Shown here: one piece after another, positions 52,164-64,000 of the stretch
Position numbering within the stretch: the stretch's first letter is position 1
How the letters are laid out: every line of letters starts with the position of its first letter
Assembly: GCA_010015585.1 (NCBI GenBank)
Contig: ML975149.1
Length of the DNA: 64,000 bases
Source: Eremomyces bilateralis CBS 781.70
Taxonomy: Eukaryota
Strand: one strand, 5' to 3'
The notes under the pieces: model-generated
Databases searched by the model: none
Told to the model about the DNA's origin: nothing
Seen by the model: the letters and a program-made list of their open reading frames with translations, nothing else
Position numbers and translations under genes: made by a program

Positions 52164-53297
52164 CTCCCATGTCCCTGCTCTTCTGACCAGCCCAATTGCT
52201 CTCGGATTGTGGATGGTATTCCCTCGATATCCCGAATGAAGTGGATTTAAAACATGATGATGAAGTTGCTGCGCTGATTTATATCGGCCAGAAGCACGAT
52301 GGAATTCGTTGAAAATACACTCAGCATACGGTTTGTTCGGATATATCGATCATTCGACCAAATCGCTCCACAAAAGCGTCCATGTCATGATATACTGCGC
52401 TCTACTGCTCTGTCGGAAGAGTTCTAACATGCTAAAATTCCCATTTCTATTAGATTGTCAATGCGAGGAGCAACGTGCAAATGTTGCCGGATGAATGAGT
52501 GCATCTCAGTCCAGAAATCTGCTGGGTTGCATAGGTGGCTCTTTCGTAAATGGGCTCCATCGAATGCCCACCACAAAGTCAGTGATCACTGCGCATGTAT
52601 GAGGAGAGTATCTCGGTAGAGTGTAGGAGTCATATTTAGATTCATATATTCGTCTGGCTGGCTCACTGTAGAGCAAGAATAAAATGACGCTGTAGTAGAA
52701 ATGATGGCGATTGTATTGATGCGTGACTTAATATAAGTTTATATAACATCTTGATAAGTGGACGGTACGTGTCAAGGATTATGAGCTTGGATTAATTAGT
52801 TAGCAGTTGTCGTAACTACTTGCGTAGTAAGTTAGGAGATACTGGATACTCCTTTCTGGGCGATCATGTCCAAGAATGGACTTCCTTGCGATGTCCCACC
52901 GCCTACGGAGTCGTCATTCCTGTTCATCATCCCATAATGATTGATTGATGGCTTAGGTTGGGCTGATGGTCTGGCGGTGATGGGGAGATCCCCACTGCCA
53001 CTACAACCCCCGGCCAAACTTCGGCTTTCCTGTCCACGTTGTCCCTCGACCGCAGCCCGCACTTTCTTCCACAGCCATAACAGGTGATGAATCCATCATC
53101 CATCCCATCTTCTTCACCTTTATTATCCATTACACCTTTCCAACAACTGCCCTTTTCCCAAGTATCAGCTTGCTCCGATCATAGCGTAGCTGTATATACT
53201 ACAGTACCTCTTCAATACCCATATACCGCTCTCTTTGATACCCCAGCTAAACTACCTTTCCGTTCACCCTCCCTACATCCTCGATACCGGTCTCGTC

Positions 53298-54676
53298 ATG
53301 CCTCTCAGTTGGTCACAGTGGGGCCAATCAGTGTAAGAATTGCCAAGTCAACGACCATGTGCTGTGTCCAAGCTGACTTCCATGACTCGACAGGATTGCC
53401 AACGTCGCTGGCACCCAGGAACCCGAGTATGGCCCGGAAGCGTTCCATAGCGTCGCCAAGCAGGAGGGACCCTTCAGGGAGACCGTGAAGGAGGATTTCA
53501 AATGGGAAGCTTTAGAGTCCACATGCGTAGAGACTCAGACTTTCTATCTGCTGGCCGACAATGGTCACGTGGCGATATGCCAGGTCATTTACAGCAACGT
53601 CATGTATGAGATCTACCCTTTCCTTCGCCTGACCCCGATTCTCTGAAGACGGGCGTGCGGCTCACATGAACGAAATAAGCTGATCTTCGCAGGGGTATCA
53701 ATACGACATGCCAATTCTCTTCCAAGCTGTTCTTCCCCAAGGAATCCTCCCCGCCACTGTGGTCTACCGAACCCGTTACCAACCACAGCTTTGACGACGA
53801 CCACTACTGCTTCAAGGCTGACAAATGCTCGCTCGATCTGTCCGAAGATGGCACGACGATTCATGTCAAGTCATCCACTTCAACGCAGGTGGTGATTGAC
53901 GTCAAGCTGACCCGCTTGTCCCCTGGTTTCGTGGTGGGAAAGGACGGGAGGTCCACATATGGCACGGAGCTGGACAAGCCCTGGGGTTCGATGAGACATG
54001 CTTTCTGGCCTCGATGTAGTGCCGAAGGCTCGTTTATCACCCAGGCTCATGGGGTGATTGACTTTAAGGGCAAAGGCTTGATGATTCATGCTCTGCAAGG
54101 AATGAAGCCACATCATGCTGGTGAGTTTTCCATTGACAGATCCCCTTATCCGACATGATGCTGATTTCTATCTAGCTGCCCGGTGGAATTTCATCACTTG
54201 CGTGACACCAACCTATTCTGCCGTTATGATGGAGTTCACGACCCCACCATCCTATGGCCCGACGGTCGTTACCGTGGGAGGAATTGCAACCGATGGCAAA
54301 ATCCTAATGGCAGGTGCCAATAATACCGTCACGCATCTCAAAACCAAGGAGGACGGAGAGACGGCTTGGCCCGAGCCCACCGAAGTCAAATATGAGTGGC
54401 GAGGCGACAAAATCAGTGCCGTGATGGAAGGAGAGCTAGGGAAACGGCTAGACAGGATCGATGTTCTGGCCCATGTTCCCACGTTCATCAAGAACCTCGC
54501 CGGCGGTGTCGCCGGGACATATCCTTATATCTATCAAGTAAGTCTTCCCCATACCACTGATATTCTATAACTAATCCTTCCAGTTCTCGCCCAATCTGCC
54601 GCTTAAGATCACGATCGATGGAGAGGAGAAAACTGAAGAAGGCATGGTCTTCGCAGAATCGACCTTCATCGTGTGA
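53298..54676 (+). CDS. SVF1: Survival factor 1
   Basis: IANVAGTQEPEYG, CVETQTFY, MRHAFWPRC, ALQGMKPHHAAARWNF, MMEFTTPPSYG, PYIYQF; four introns. Confidence 0.92.
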
Positions 54677-54894
54677 GCTTGAACAACCAGAACAGTATCA
54701 ATACTGGCCCCACACTCGCTTCAAATATCATGACTATCATCACGATCTGCCCTTGGAATTCTTCCTCCGCGGTATCAACGACACTCGCTCGACAGACTAC
54801 ATAATGTCTAATCATCATCAAAAAAAAAATCAAAACTTGCTCTAACGCTGTCTTCTCGAATTCTGATAGACCGCTCGATGAAGACGAAAAACAA

Positions 54895-56490
54895 GTGGTT
54901 CGGCGCGCCCATAAACGGTGCAGACCCTCCATCGTGCATCGAAGCTCCGGTCGCCGGCGCTGGAAAGGAAAACGTACGGTCCAGTATACTGATGAACCCG
55001 CACCCCAGGTCGCATCTCAGCCGTTCAACGTGGGGTACACTGCCCAGGCGCAACCTAGCATATCCAATTCCTACGACGGCTCCAACGATCAAAGTCGCGA
55101 GGACCCTTTCCTGAACCCGTACGACGGCGTATGCGAAACGGTTACCGGCCAGGAGATCTATACCCCACTGCCTGGACAATGCATTTCGTTACACAATCCC
55201 AAGCCAGCGAGGCCAGGCCCTCTACCACCGTTCCTCCGGTTCCCTATCCCCATCGCCACCCCCCTGAACACCATGATCGACGATGCTTCAAGTCACCCCA
55301 ACCAGACCTCTCCGCGCTTCCTCCGTCGTCCGGACACCTTGCATGATTTGCTTCACGCGTCGAGCCAACGCCATGGATACAACCGCACACAGACCAAGAG
55401 TGCCGAACCGCTGTCATCCCACCAGTTCCAATTCGTGGAAGAAACCGCCGACATCATACGACAAATTAGCGCGTCGCCGGACCGTCTCGATGCCAGCGAA
55501 TCCATCCGGTCGGCGCCAGCCAGTTTCTCCGTTCCCGGCCCTGACGTTGTGGTTCCATCCATCGAGCTCGGTCATCCGGCCGACAGCGCGGACGATGCTC
55601 CTCGAAGCCCGTTTACGGAATGGGGAAACGCTACGCACGGGAATGGTCACGACCCGATGGTGCATCCCGATAAAACGTCGGGCAGACCGCCACCACCTAT
55701 GACATCGGGGCAAACAATTCGGTTGGTGCAAACTAGGAAGGCTCTCGCACGAGCTGCCCAGCTTGCCCGGGTGCGGGTCAACCGGACTCGCAACCTTCCG
55801 TATCACGACCCTAACAACCGGCCTCTCCATCCCGCACCTGACAACGGTTGGACACCCTACGGCGGTCCGGCACCTTACGACGGCTCGACACATTATGACG
55901 CCCCCATCACCCACCAACCGCCCCTCCACAACATCTTCCTTCCCATGCATAACAACCCCAGCAACCCGCACCCATCCACGCTCCCCCACTACTCTGTCCC
56001 CATTCCTAATCCAACAGCCCACAACACCTACCTCGTGTCCGACCCCTTTCAACCTCAATTCCCCCCTTCACACATCTCTCCGAATCCCGCCCCCCCACCC
56101 GAAGTCATGCACCGACCCGTAGCTTTGCCCCCACCCCCCGTCTTCTACTCACCCATCGGCCTCCACGAGTCCCTGGTCGTCCACCCACCCCCGAATCTCA
56201 ACGCACCCCCAGTCGTCCACCCGCCCCCCAGCCTCGACGTCCCCGTCAACGGTCCCCAACCGCGCGGACTACAACCCCACGGCGCGCCTGGCCTTCCGGA
56301 GCAGGCGGGATTGGCGGTCGGGGTGCAGGGTGATGGGACGATCGATCACGGTGCGAGGACGCGGGAAAGCGAGTGGTCAGGGATAGGGGGTAGAGATAGA
56401 TATGGGGAGTGGAGGGAGTGGAGGCAGTGGGCGGAGTGGCAGCGGATGCAGCCGCAGGAGGCGTGGCGGGGTGCTGGTTCTTTGGGGTGA
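54895..56490 (+). CDS. Hypothetical proline-rich protein (start uncertain; first in-frame ATG 55273)
   Basis: 531-codon open frame; shows the same C-rich to G-rich 3' signature as neighbouring genuine genes. Confidence 0.5.
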   Translation: MVRRAHKRCRPSIVHRSSGRRRWKGKRTVQYTDEPAPQVASQPFNVGYTAQAQPSISNSYDGSNDQSREDPFLNPYDGVCETVTGQEIYTPLPGQCISLHNPKPARPGPLPPFLRFPIPIATPLNTMIDDASSHPNQTSPRFLRRPDTLHDLLHASSQRHGYNRTQTKSAEPLSSHQFQFVEETADIIRQISASPDRLDASESIRSAPASFSVPGPDVVVPSIELGHPADSADDAPRSPFTEWGNATHGNGHDPMVHPDKTSGRPPPPMTSGQTIRLVQTRKALARAAQLARVRVNRTRNLPYHDPNNRPLHPAPDNGWTPYGGPAPYDGSTHYDAPITHQPPLHNIFLPMHNNPSNPHPSTLPHYSVPIPNPTAHNTYLVSDPFQPQFPPSHISPNPAPPPEVMHRPVALPPPPVFYSPIGLHESLVVHPPPNLNAPPVVHPPPSLDVPVNGPQPRGLQPHGAPGLPEQAGLAVGVQGDGTIDHGARTRESEWSGIGGRDRYGEWREWRQWAEWQRMQPQEAWRGAGSLG

Positions 56491-57620
56491 GGACGGACTG
56501 AGAATTGAAGTGTGAACGGGCGAGTGGGTGGTTGCTGTGACGTGTGGACCTTGGTGGTGGATTTGGTTGGGTTGAGTGGGACTACTGCGCGTCCGTATTC
56601 TTTCCGCGCTCACGCGTTATTCATTCGCATCTGCCAGTTGACGGAGGATGTTTGTATTGTTAAGAGACATGGCGGTCAGCGACTGATCGGAGAAATTGCA
56701 ACCGGACTGTTTGGCATCGATGGTTCGTTTCGCGGTGCGGTACATTGCTAATTAGGAGAGTGATGTTGGCTAGAAGCAGGTGGAGTGACGCTGGTGATGT
56801 GGTGGTATGCCTTGATTACGCTTCAGGAGACGACGTGATAAGAATGGTATGCATGTATGTATTACGGATGAGTAGTGACCATGAAGCGTAGAAAACGCCG
56901 TAGAGTCGGGTGCCCATGGGCTATCCAATCCACGCCAGTCCCATATCTGCAACCAGTCCGCTGTCTCCGAACCCGAACCCCTCAACCCACCTCCTTAAAC
57001 CCGTAAAATGGCAAACAGAAAAAGGTCTTTTCTTTCATTTTGGAAATGACAGTCGCCTCATGCCCAAGGTTCAAATATACACATCCAAGAAAAACAAGCC
57101 GAAAAGAAAACATACGTGATCAAACGTATCATCATCATCACCTCATTCCCGGCGTACATCTTCCAATCATCAAGGTCGTCTATCCATCCCTCCCTTTCAT
57201 ACAGGGGCCCGATCCGATCCAACCGACCCGGGTTGCAGCGAGCGGAGTGCGTTTCTCGACTCTCGCCGCAGCCTGACCTCATTCAGTTCCGTCCATTCCA
57301 CCCATCCATCAACAACCCAAAGTCCAAAAGAAAACCCAAGACAGATAAATCCAATAATAACGTCCCGAAGGCGCGACAACGCCAGGACCCGGCAAACGCC
57401 CCTGACCACCGAACCCCGATTCCAGCGTCTATGCTTGTATGACGAGCATACATGCCAGAAAGACTCCCTCGGTCCGCCCGAGACCCGTTGCCGTTGCCGT
57501 TGCGCCATCCATCCAGTTTGCGTAAAACATTATGAAATGCGGGGGACGGGAAACACGGTCGAGGGGAGAAAGCAATGTATCGGATCGAGTCGCACAGGGC
57601 GACGGAACTAGAAACTGCCG

Positions 57621-60025
57621 CTACTGCTGCCGGGCATACGGCTTGTTCATCGCCGCGATCTCGCGACAGCATTCCGCCCACTCACACTCCCTCCCCACCC
57701 TCATCGTCGCGCGCCCCTGCACCGCGCCCCCTTCCATCCCCCCCATCACCTCATCCACCCTCCCCTCCGCTTCTCCCTCCCCCTTCTTCACCAACCCCAC
57801 CATCCCCTCCATCCCCACCCCACCACACACCCCCTCCTCCCACTTCAACAACTCCCACACGAATCGTAGATGCGGCTGGATGATCACATTGAGCCGCCGC
57901 GCACGTACGAAGCAGTACGCGCGCGCGAACCCCCAGCCCTTGGCGCGCATTACCTCCGCGATGCACACCGTCGCGCTGCGGCTGACCCCGACGCGGCAGT
58001 GCACCAGGGTTGCGTGGCCGAGGGCGCGGCCGGCGGCGATGAAGGAGAGGCATTGCGGGAGGGCGGTCGTGAGAATGAGGGGATCGACACCGTTGTCTTG
58101 GACGCGGTCAATGAGTAGGGTGGGGAGGGGGGTGGTGGTGGGGGGAGAGGAGGAGTTGGAGGTGGGGGAGGAGACGGAGACGGCGGAGGGGGGCGGGGTG
58201 GTGGAGGACCAGGAGACGGGTTCGCCGATGGAGAGGACGCGGCCGATGCCGAGTTCGCGGAGGAGGGTGGGGTTGTTAGCGTGCGTGAGGTTGCCGAGAT
58301 ACATGTATGGGAGGATGCGGCTTGGGAGGCTGCCGTCCAGTTTGCTCATCCAGGTTGGCTCGTCGACTTGTAACTGGAAGGACAGCGGGACGCTGCCGCC
58401 GCCACCTGACTTTGCGGCGAGGGGAGATGCACGTAAGATTTCGGATTGTAGCGCCGTCAGCAACGCGACGTCGCTTGGGTAAGCGAAGAAGTTGCGGCCT
58501 CGGTCGCGGTGGAGCGTTAGCCATGCGGAATGTGCAGGGAGGGCTTCGGCGAACATCATGTAGGCAAGTCCAAGGAGGGATGACTCGGTATAGCCGTCGG
58601 CACAGTGGATGAGGACACGACGTGGCTTGCGAGTTTTGCATGGAAGGTCGGAGAGCATGATCGTATCCCCCTCGGTATCGGAAGGAGCCGGATCCTTCAA
58701 CTCTGCCCCTGAGGTCGTGTCGTCTGATATGGAAGTCGGGTTGGCAGCCTCATAAATCCAGCGACACATTTCAATGAGGCCTTTCGCTTCGGCGTCAGAC
58801 CAGGATGAGTTCGGCGGTATGATTGATCCCGAGGATGGGAATTCCAGGCCAATGGTAGGGACCTCTAGGTCATCTAAGGCGGCTCTCAATTTACGCATTG
58901 ACCCGGTATCGGGCATTTGGGCTAGATCGTTGGCCTCGATATAGACGTCGAACTGAGACATGGAGGTGTCGAGCAGTGGATCGATAGTGGCATCAGGGGT
59001 TGGACCCAAGAAGACATTGTGAGTGATTTCTGATGCGTGAGACATGGTAAACATCTCAATACGTTCTTGTTGGACTGAAAAGGTTAGCGTTTGATATAGA
59101 ATAGGTGCATCTATGCTTACAGAAGTCGACGAAGTTTCCAGTCACAGCCTCCTTGGAATCGCATGCAACCAGCTGCGGTTGAGTCTCTTCAATGAGGCGG
59201 AAGGAATCTGATAAGCGTGTCAGTGACTATGGTTACATCCAGTGACTGGGACTGACCTGTTACGACAAACGTATTGAAGACCGGTGCCTCCGGTTGTCCG
59301 TTCGCCCGTAGCATCTCCTGCATCTGCAGCTGCGCGTTTCTGATTTTCCTCGCGACGCTCAACACCTCCTCCACTTTCGTCCAGTCGTTCCCATATACGA
59401 CAATATCCGATATGGTCGCCATTTTGCACGTCTGGATCTGAAAGTTCCGGACGGAAAACCCGTCTCGCGGATCAATGTCCATGAATCGCCCGTCCTGATC
59501 ACCCAGAGCGAGAAGCTCGTTGGGAGGGACGGCACCTTTCAGGCGTGAGTGCTTCTGAGCCCGGCTGGCGTTGACGATGGTCAGTCCGCGGTAACAGGTT
59601 GGTGACTTGAGCAGCGATTTGCGACGGGCGACGAAGAATTGCAATTGGATGTGGTTTTCCGGGTGGAGGCCGTGAAGCCATGGGAACGTCTGGGTTGGGT
59701 CGGGGAGGGGCTGCTTCGAGACATGGTCCACGGCTCTCGCGAGCGTGGCTGCATCGATGCCATAGATAGGACCTTCATCATAGAGTTTGGCGAAGTGGTC
59801 GGGAGGGTAGAGAAGCGATGTTTCGGTCTCGGTCTCTTTGCTGGGCGGAGATGCGGGAGGAGTTTCGAGGCCGATTGCTGGTTGTGGTCCGGGTGAACAT
59901 ATTGGGATATGTTTGTTTGGTATGGCGGCCGGCGTGCCTCGAGATGAAGTGTTCAGGGTCAGGTGGGGAGGTGGGGTGGAGGAGCGGGAGGGGAGGGGGG
60001 GTGCACGGGCGACAACGGCGGCCAT
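57621..60025 (-). CDS. PPS1: Dual-specificity protein phosphatase Pps1
   Basis: FPWLHGLHPEN, GFSVRNFQIQ, first loop HCADGYTESS, GSLPSRILPYMYLGNL, catalytic HCRVGVSRSAT, VRARRLNVIIQP; two coding introns near 59.1-59.25 kb. Confidence 0.92.
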
Positions 60026-62307
60026 CACGCGATGGAATGCTGCGGTGCCAATGTCTTATAAATTCGAGGCTCCAACAATCGAGAAGACACGATGCGCGGC
60101 CGTATCTATTCGTCTGGTCTCGGGATCAGGGCAAGACGGGAGGGAGGAGTGGCGGAGACCCCGATCGCTGCCGTGCGAGAGATTGTGGTGGTTTGAGGAA
60201 GCAATCAAAGGGTGTAACGTGAGCGATACACGAGCCGATAAGACACTGGGGCGAGCATCCGACTCGTCCGAAAGGAATTGAACCGTCTATGGAATCAATT
60301 AGTGTTAAACATTTGTTCTCTGAGGGATTTGCGGCCCAAACCTACCACGGAGGCTCATGGGCGGCGCAAGTGATAGCGGATAGGCGGTAGGCGGTAGACA
60401 CGTCGTTCAGTGAGCTCAGTGGATTCTGGTCATGTCCACTGGACTCAACCCAAGTTCAAGCCGGTGTTAAAGACGGCCGAGAGAACGAGTGGCTTCTCAC
60501 ATAGAGAGGATAAGAAGGAGATTGAACAGCACAGAAGACATAGAAGACCGAGACACGCCGTGGTATAGTATAGGCGTTGTATAGTGGGAGACTCTATGTA
60601 AGATTGATGAGGTGGAGGGAGTGGGGAAGGAGCGTTGGGTGGACGGATTGGGTGGAGGAAGGCGCCATGGGTGAGGGAGACGGGAAGGAAAGGAGGGGTG
60701 CACTCATTGGGAACTCAGGGAAGGCGTGACGGAACTGAGGGGTCTACGCGCCTGATTGGCCGATGAAGATTAAATCGAACCCTCGTATTCCCTCCAACAG
60801 TTGAGATCACCAACGACTCCACCATCAGAAATGCCCCGCAGCCGCCCGGCCTTTCGTATCCCCGCCCGCCTTACGCATTCTTCGACAAAGTGAAACTCCC
60901 GTTTCAATCTATCCATACTACGTAGTAGAAAAATGTCCCGGATCGAGATCTCCCACAGCAAAAGCTCTTGAAATGAAGAAATGAAAGGGTTCCAGCGGCA
61001 TGTTGTGTTGGTTAGAGATATGCCGTATCACCCGCCTCCATCACCACCACAGTCCACAACATCCCGCATTCTTCCACCCTGCTGCGTCCAACCGTCCCCT
61101 CAACATATGACATATCAAGTCACTCCACACCCACCAGACACGCACATGTACTGCTTCTAATCAATATTATCAATCCCGTGCTGCATGCACCTCGCTAGCG
61201 CTGCATAAGCGGTGCATGACGCTGCATCTACGCATCGCCATCGCCGCCCTCCTAGCACGTCGGTTCTACGGCACATCCATCCATCGACGGACACGACGCA
61301 CGCGAACCCAATCAGAAAATCTACTGCCAAATGTACGGAAAGGGCCCTCGACTTCTCGTCCTCTTAAAATAAATTCCCGTCGCAGCTGCACACGTTCTTC
61401 GCGTTCGTGTCCCGCATAGCCGCAAGGTGGGCGGCTGCTTTTCCAGCCGCCCAGCTTGCCAACTCACTCTCCAAGGAACGGATTGATGCCGCTTGGGAAC
61501 AATGTCGCAGGTAAGGTGGGGGACATCGTGGCAAACCGCTGGACCTTGCGGACGCCGTTGGGTCATAATTATATATGACCCTTTGCAATATAGGTTATAG
61601 TATGGGGATATATTGCTGTCGGCAGACGTGTCGAGGGGTTCACAGAATGCAACCGAAGCCGAAGCGGATGAAGTTCAATACAAGACGGACCACCCCGATC
61701 GATGCCAGACTGCCGATGTCGTGTACGACGATGATCGTCATGGCTGACTCGTTGGCGGATTAGCATCATTCTTGGTGCTCCTCAGTGTCAACGGCAAACG
61801 CCCTCCAACGTGTTTCATATTATTCCGTGGTTTTCGATGTTGTTCCTTGTTGATGGGATTGAGACGAAAATTGACGTGGGACACGTTGAGGGAAAGTTGT
61901 ACATTCCCATTGCAATGGGACTCGTGCATATCAGGGGGTGTAAGCATTGACATTGGTACCGTCATGCATCCTCGATTCCAATGGCATGAAGTAGAGATGC
62001 AGAGCACGGCACAGTCTGGTTGATGAAGATGCAAATGACGAGGGGTCTCATTTTGGTAAATACCCCGCACAAGGCCAAAGCGGGCGGTGGTAGGGTGCCG
62101 TTCCAGGCGGTTCTAGCCGCCTCCAGAGCGACTAGCGAGCCACCATATGGCGACAGATTTGGCACCTCAATTGGCACCCCACCCCACCAAGTGACATCAA
62201 TCATATCTCATGAGAGCTCCGTTCCAATCCGACCACCAAACAAAAAAACTTTCAATTCTCCTCCAAGGCTTCAACATCACGAACAACTATACAATCAATA
62301 CTGCTCC

Positions 62308-63117
62308 ATGCGCATTCCACCGATCCGAACCACAACCTCAAGAATCTTCATCTCACTACCACTTCCACAGCGCCTACGAACCCACCCCATCACCACCACC
62401 TCCACCACAATGTCATCCCCCCAAAACGACGCCCCCTCCCCCTCCTCCAAACTCATCTTCGCCCCAACCGACTCACCCACCGCTCCCCACGCCCACCAAT
62501 TCTCCGCGTCCCCCCTCTCCCTCCCCACCCTCTCCCCCTCCCCCCTCACCCAATTCCACACCCTCTTCACCGCCGGCCAGCGCGCCCACCTCCCCCAACC
62601 CGAAACCTGCGTCCTCTCCACCGCCGCCCTCCCGTCCGGCCGGCCGTCCGCGCGCACCGTCTACCTCAAAGAGCTCGACGACCGGGGGTTCGTGATCTAT
62701 AGCAATACCGAGCATTCGCGGAAGGCGGCGGATTTGAGGACCAATCCGCAGGCGTGTCTGACGTTTTGGTGGGCGGGGTTGGAGCGGCAGGTGCGGGTGA
62801 CGGGGGCGGTGGAGCGGGTGGGAGTGGAGGAGGCGCAGCGGTATTTCGATACGCGGAATCGGGAAAGTCGGGTGGGTGCGTGGGCGAGTCGGCAGAGTGA
62901 GGTGTTGAAGGATAGAAAGGAGTTGGAGGAGCGGGTGAAAAAAGAGAAGGAGCGGTGGGAGGGGAAGGAGGGGATTGAGGTGCCGGGGCATTGGGGAGGT
63001 TGGAGGGTGGTGCCCGAGGAGGTCGAGTTTTGGGGAGGGAGGGAGGGGAGGTTGCATGATCGGTTTTTGTATACGAGGGAGGGTGAGGGGTGGAGGATTG
63101 AGCGGTTAAGTCCGTAG
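62308..63117 (+). CDS. PDX3: Pyridoxamine 5'-phosphate oxidase
   Basis: PSARTVYLK, SRKA.DL..NP, RQVRVTG, GAWASRQS, EFWGG...RLHDRF, ERLSP; alternative ATG at 62410. Confidence 0.93.
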   Translation: MRIPPIRTTTSRIFISLPLPQRLRTHPITTTSTTMSSPQNDAPSPSSKLIFAPTDSPTAPHAHQFSASPLSLPTLSPSPLTQFHTLFTAGQRAHLPQPETCVLSTAALPSGRPSARTVYLKELDDRGFVIYSNTEHSRKAADLRTNPQACLTFWWAGLERQVRVTGAVERVGVEEAQRYFDTRNRESRVGAWASRQSEVLKDRKELEERVKKEKERWEGKEGIEVPGHWGGWRVVPEEVEFWGGREGRLHDRFLYTREGEGWRIERLSP

Positions 63118-63229
63118 GGGGAGATGGGGACGGGGTAGAGGAGAGGATATAAAGAACGGAATCGAGTCATGGCCAAAAACGCTACTATTGTCTATTCGGT
63201 GCAATAGGGAAATATCAATACCAACGACA

Positions 63230-64000
63230 TCACACCCCCCAGATCTCATCCCACCACTTCTTCGGGCCCATCTCCAACGGCCCCTTCAACCTCCCCACCC
63301 TCGGCGGCCCCTCCCCCACCTCCCGCAAACACATCCACTCCCGAACACACCCCGGCACCTCCTCCTTCCGATGACTGACCACAATCAACCCCTGCTCCGC
63401 CCCCAACCCCTCCACTGTCACCCTACCCAACCGCGCCAGATCACTCTCATCCACCCCCGCCCGCGCACTCATCATCCGCTCCCGATTCACCCGCCGATGG
63501 ATCTTCCGCTCCCCATGCGCCAGGAACAGCAGGCACCGTCCCCGCGCCCACTCGTCCATCCCGCTGAACGCCTCGTCCAGCACCACCAGATCCGGCCGCC
63601 CGATGATCGCCCGCAGGAACAGCGCCACCCGCTGCGCCGAGAACGAAAGCGCCCCGAACCTCATCTCGTCCGCCCACCCCACGTCCGCGTCGCTGCTCTC
63701 CGCCCGGTTGAGGTCCGTGATCAGCGCTCGGAGGCGCGCCGACGACACCTCGTCGGGATCCATCGACTCCTCGGCCGTCCCTGTGGAGTGGCGTGCCGCC
63801 GCGGCGCGCAGGCTCTTCTCCTGGGGTGGGCGGAAGCGGTACATCTGAACTTGCTGCCAGGCCGGGGGCTCGAGGGCGGGGTTCAGCTCGGCTTGGAACC
63901 AGCGGAGCACGGAGCTGACGCGCTTGTCGCGGTCGTAGGAGAGCTTGGGTTTCGCGAGGGGGGCGTCGGCCCAGGCGGACTCGATGGTGCGGCGGACGGA
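63230..64000 (-). CDS. ModF-like soluble ABC ATPase, C-terminal part (5' end outside the window)
   Basis: Degenerate signature LSFSAQRVALFLRA, Walker B LVVLDEAFSGMD, H-loop VSHRKEE. Confidence 0.8.
   Translation of the reverse strand, partial: SVRRTIESAWADAPLAKPKLSYDRDKRVSSVLRWFQAELNPALEPPAWQQVQMYRFRPPQEKSLRAAAARHSTGTAEESMDPDEVSSARLRALITDLNRAESSDADVGWADEMRFGALSFSAQRVALFLRAIIGRPDLVVLDEAFSGMDEWARGRCLLFLAHGERKIHRRVNRERMMSARAGVDESDLARLGRVTVEGLGAEQGLIVVSHRKEEVPGCVREWMCLREVGEGPPRVGRLKGPLEMGPKKWWDEIWGV

Noticed and set aside
60405..60470. tRNA-like A-box (AGCTCAGTGG) and B-box (GTTCAAGCC) spacing
   Set aside because: Does not fold into a cloverleaf; only a simple hairpin CAGTGGA/TCCACTG
61506..61516. 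CTTACCTG on the minus strand resembling the U1 snRNA 5' end
   Set aside because: Lacks the ATAC 5' context, the U1 stem-loop I/II motifs and a proper Sm site

Overview
Eukaryotic DNA from a filamentous ascomycete (Pezizomycotina; the class cannot be fixed from sequence alone). It is gene-dense, with short (~45-100 nt) GT-AG introns carrying CTRAC branch points. About 27 protein-coding loci are present, mostly housekeeping: verprolin, two MFS transporters, a DDHD phospholipase, an I78 inhibitor, an Mdm1/SNX14-like nexin, Gcv1, Prp5, Emc5, EF-1beta hosting intronic snR18/U18, an MDR oxidoreductase, Hsp78, Msh5, a VOC protein, NirA, a Hal4/Sat4 kinase, a SnoaL-like protein, Svf1, Pps1, Pdx3 and a ModF-like ABC ATPase. 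A lower-GC accessory pocket (~4.6-9.6 kb) holds two damaged genes. Most unusual observations: (1) a head-to-tail array of Tc1/mariner-derived miniature elements joined by the identical junction CGGAGG-GAG-CCTCCGG with no TA duplication (29.2-30.0 kb); (2) an unannotated multibranch secondary structure at 61.39-61.62 kb; (3) PRP5, whose three introns are all in-frame and stop-free; (4) recurrent sharp C-rich to G-rich skew switches inside genes. All family assignments come from motif recognition; no database search was run.
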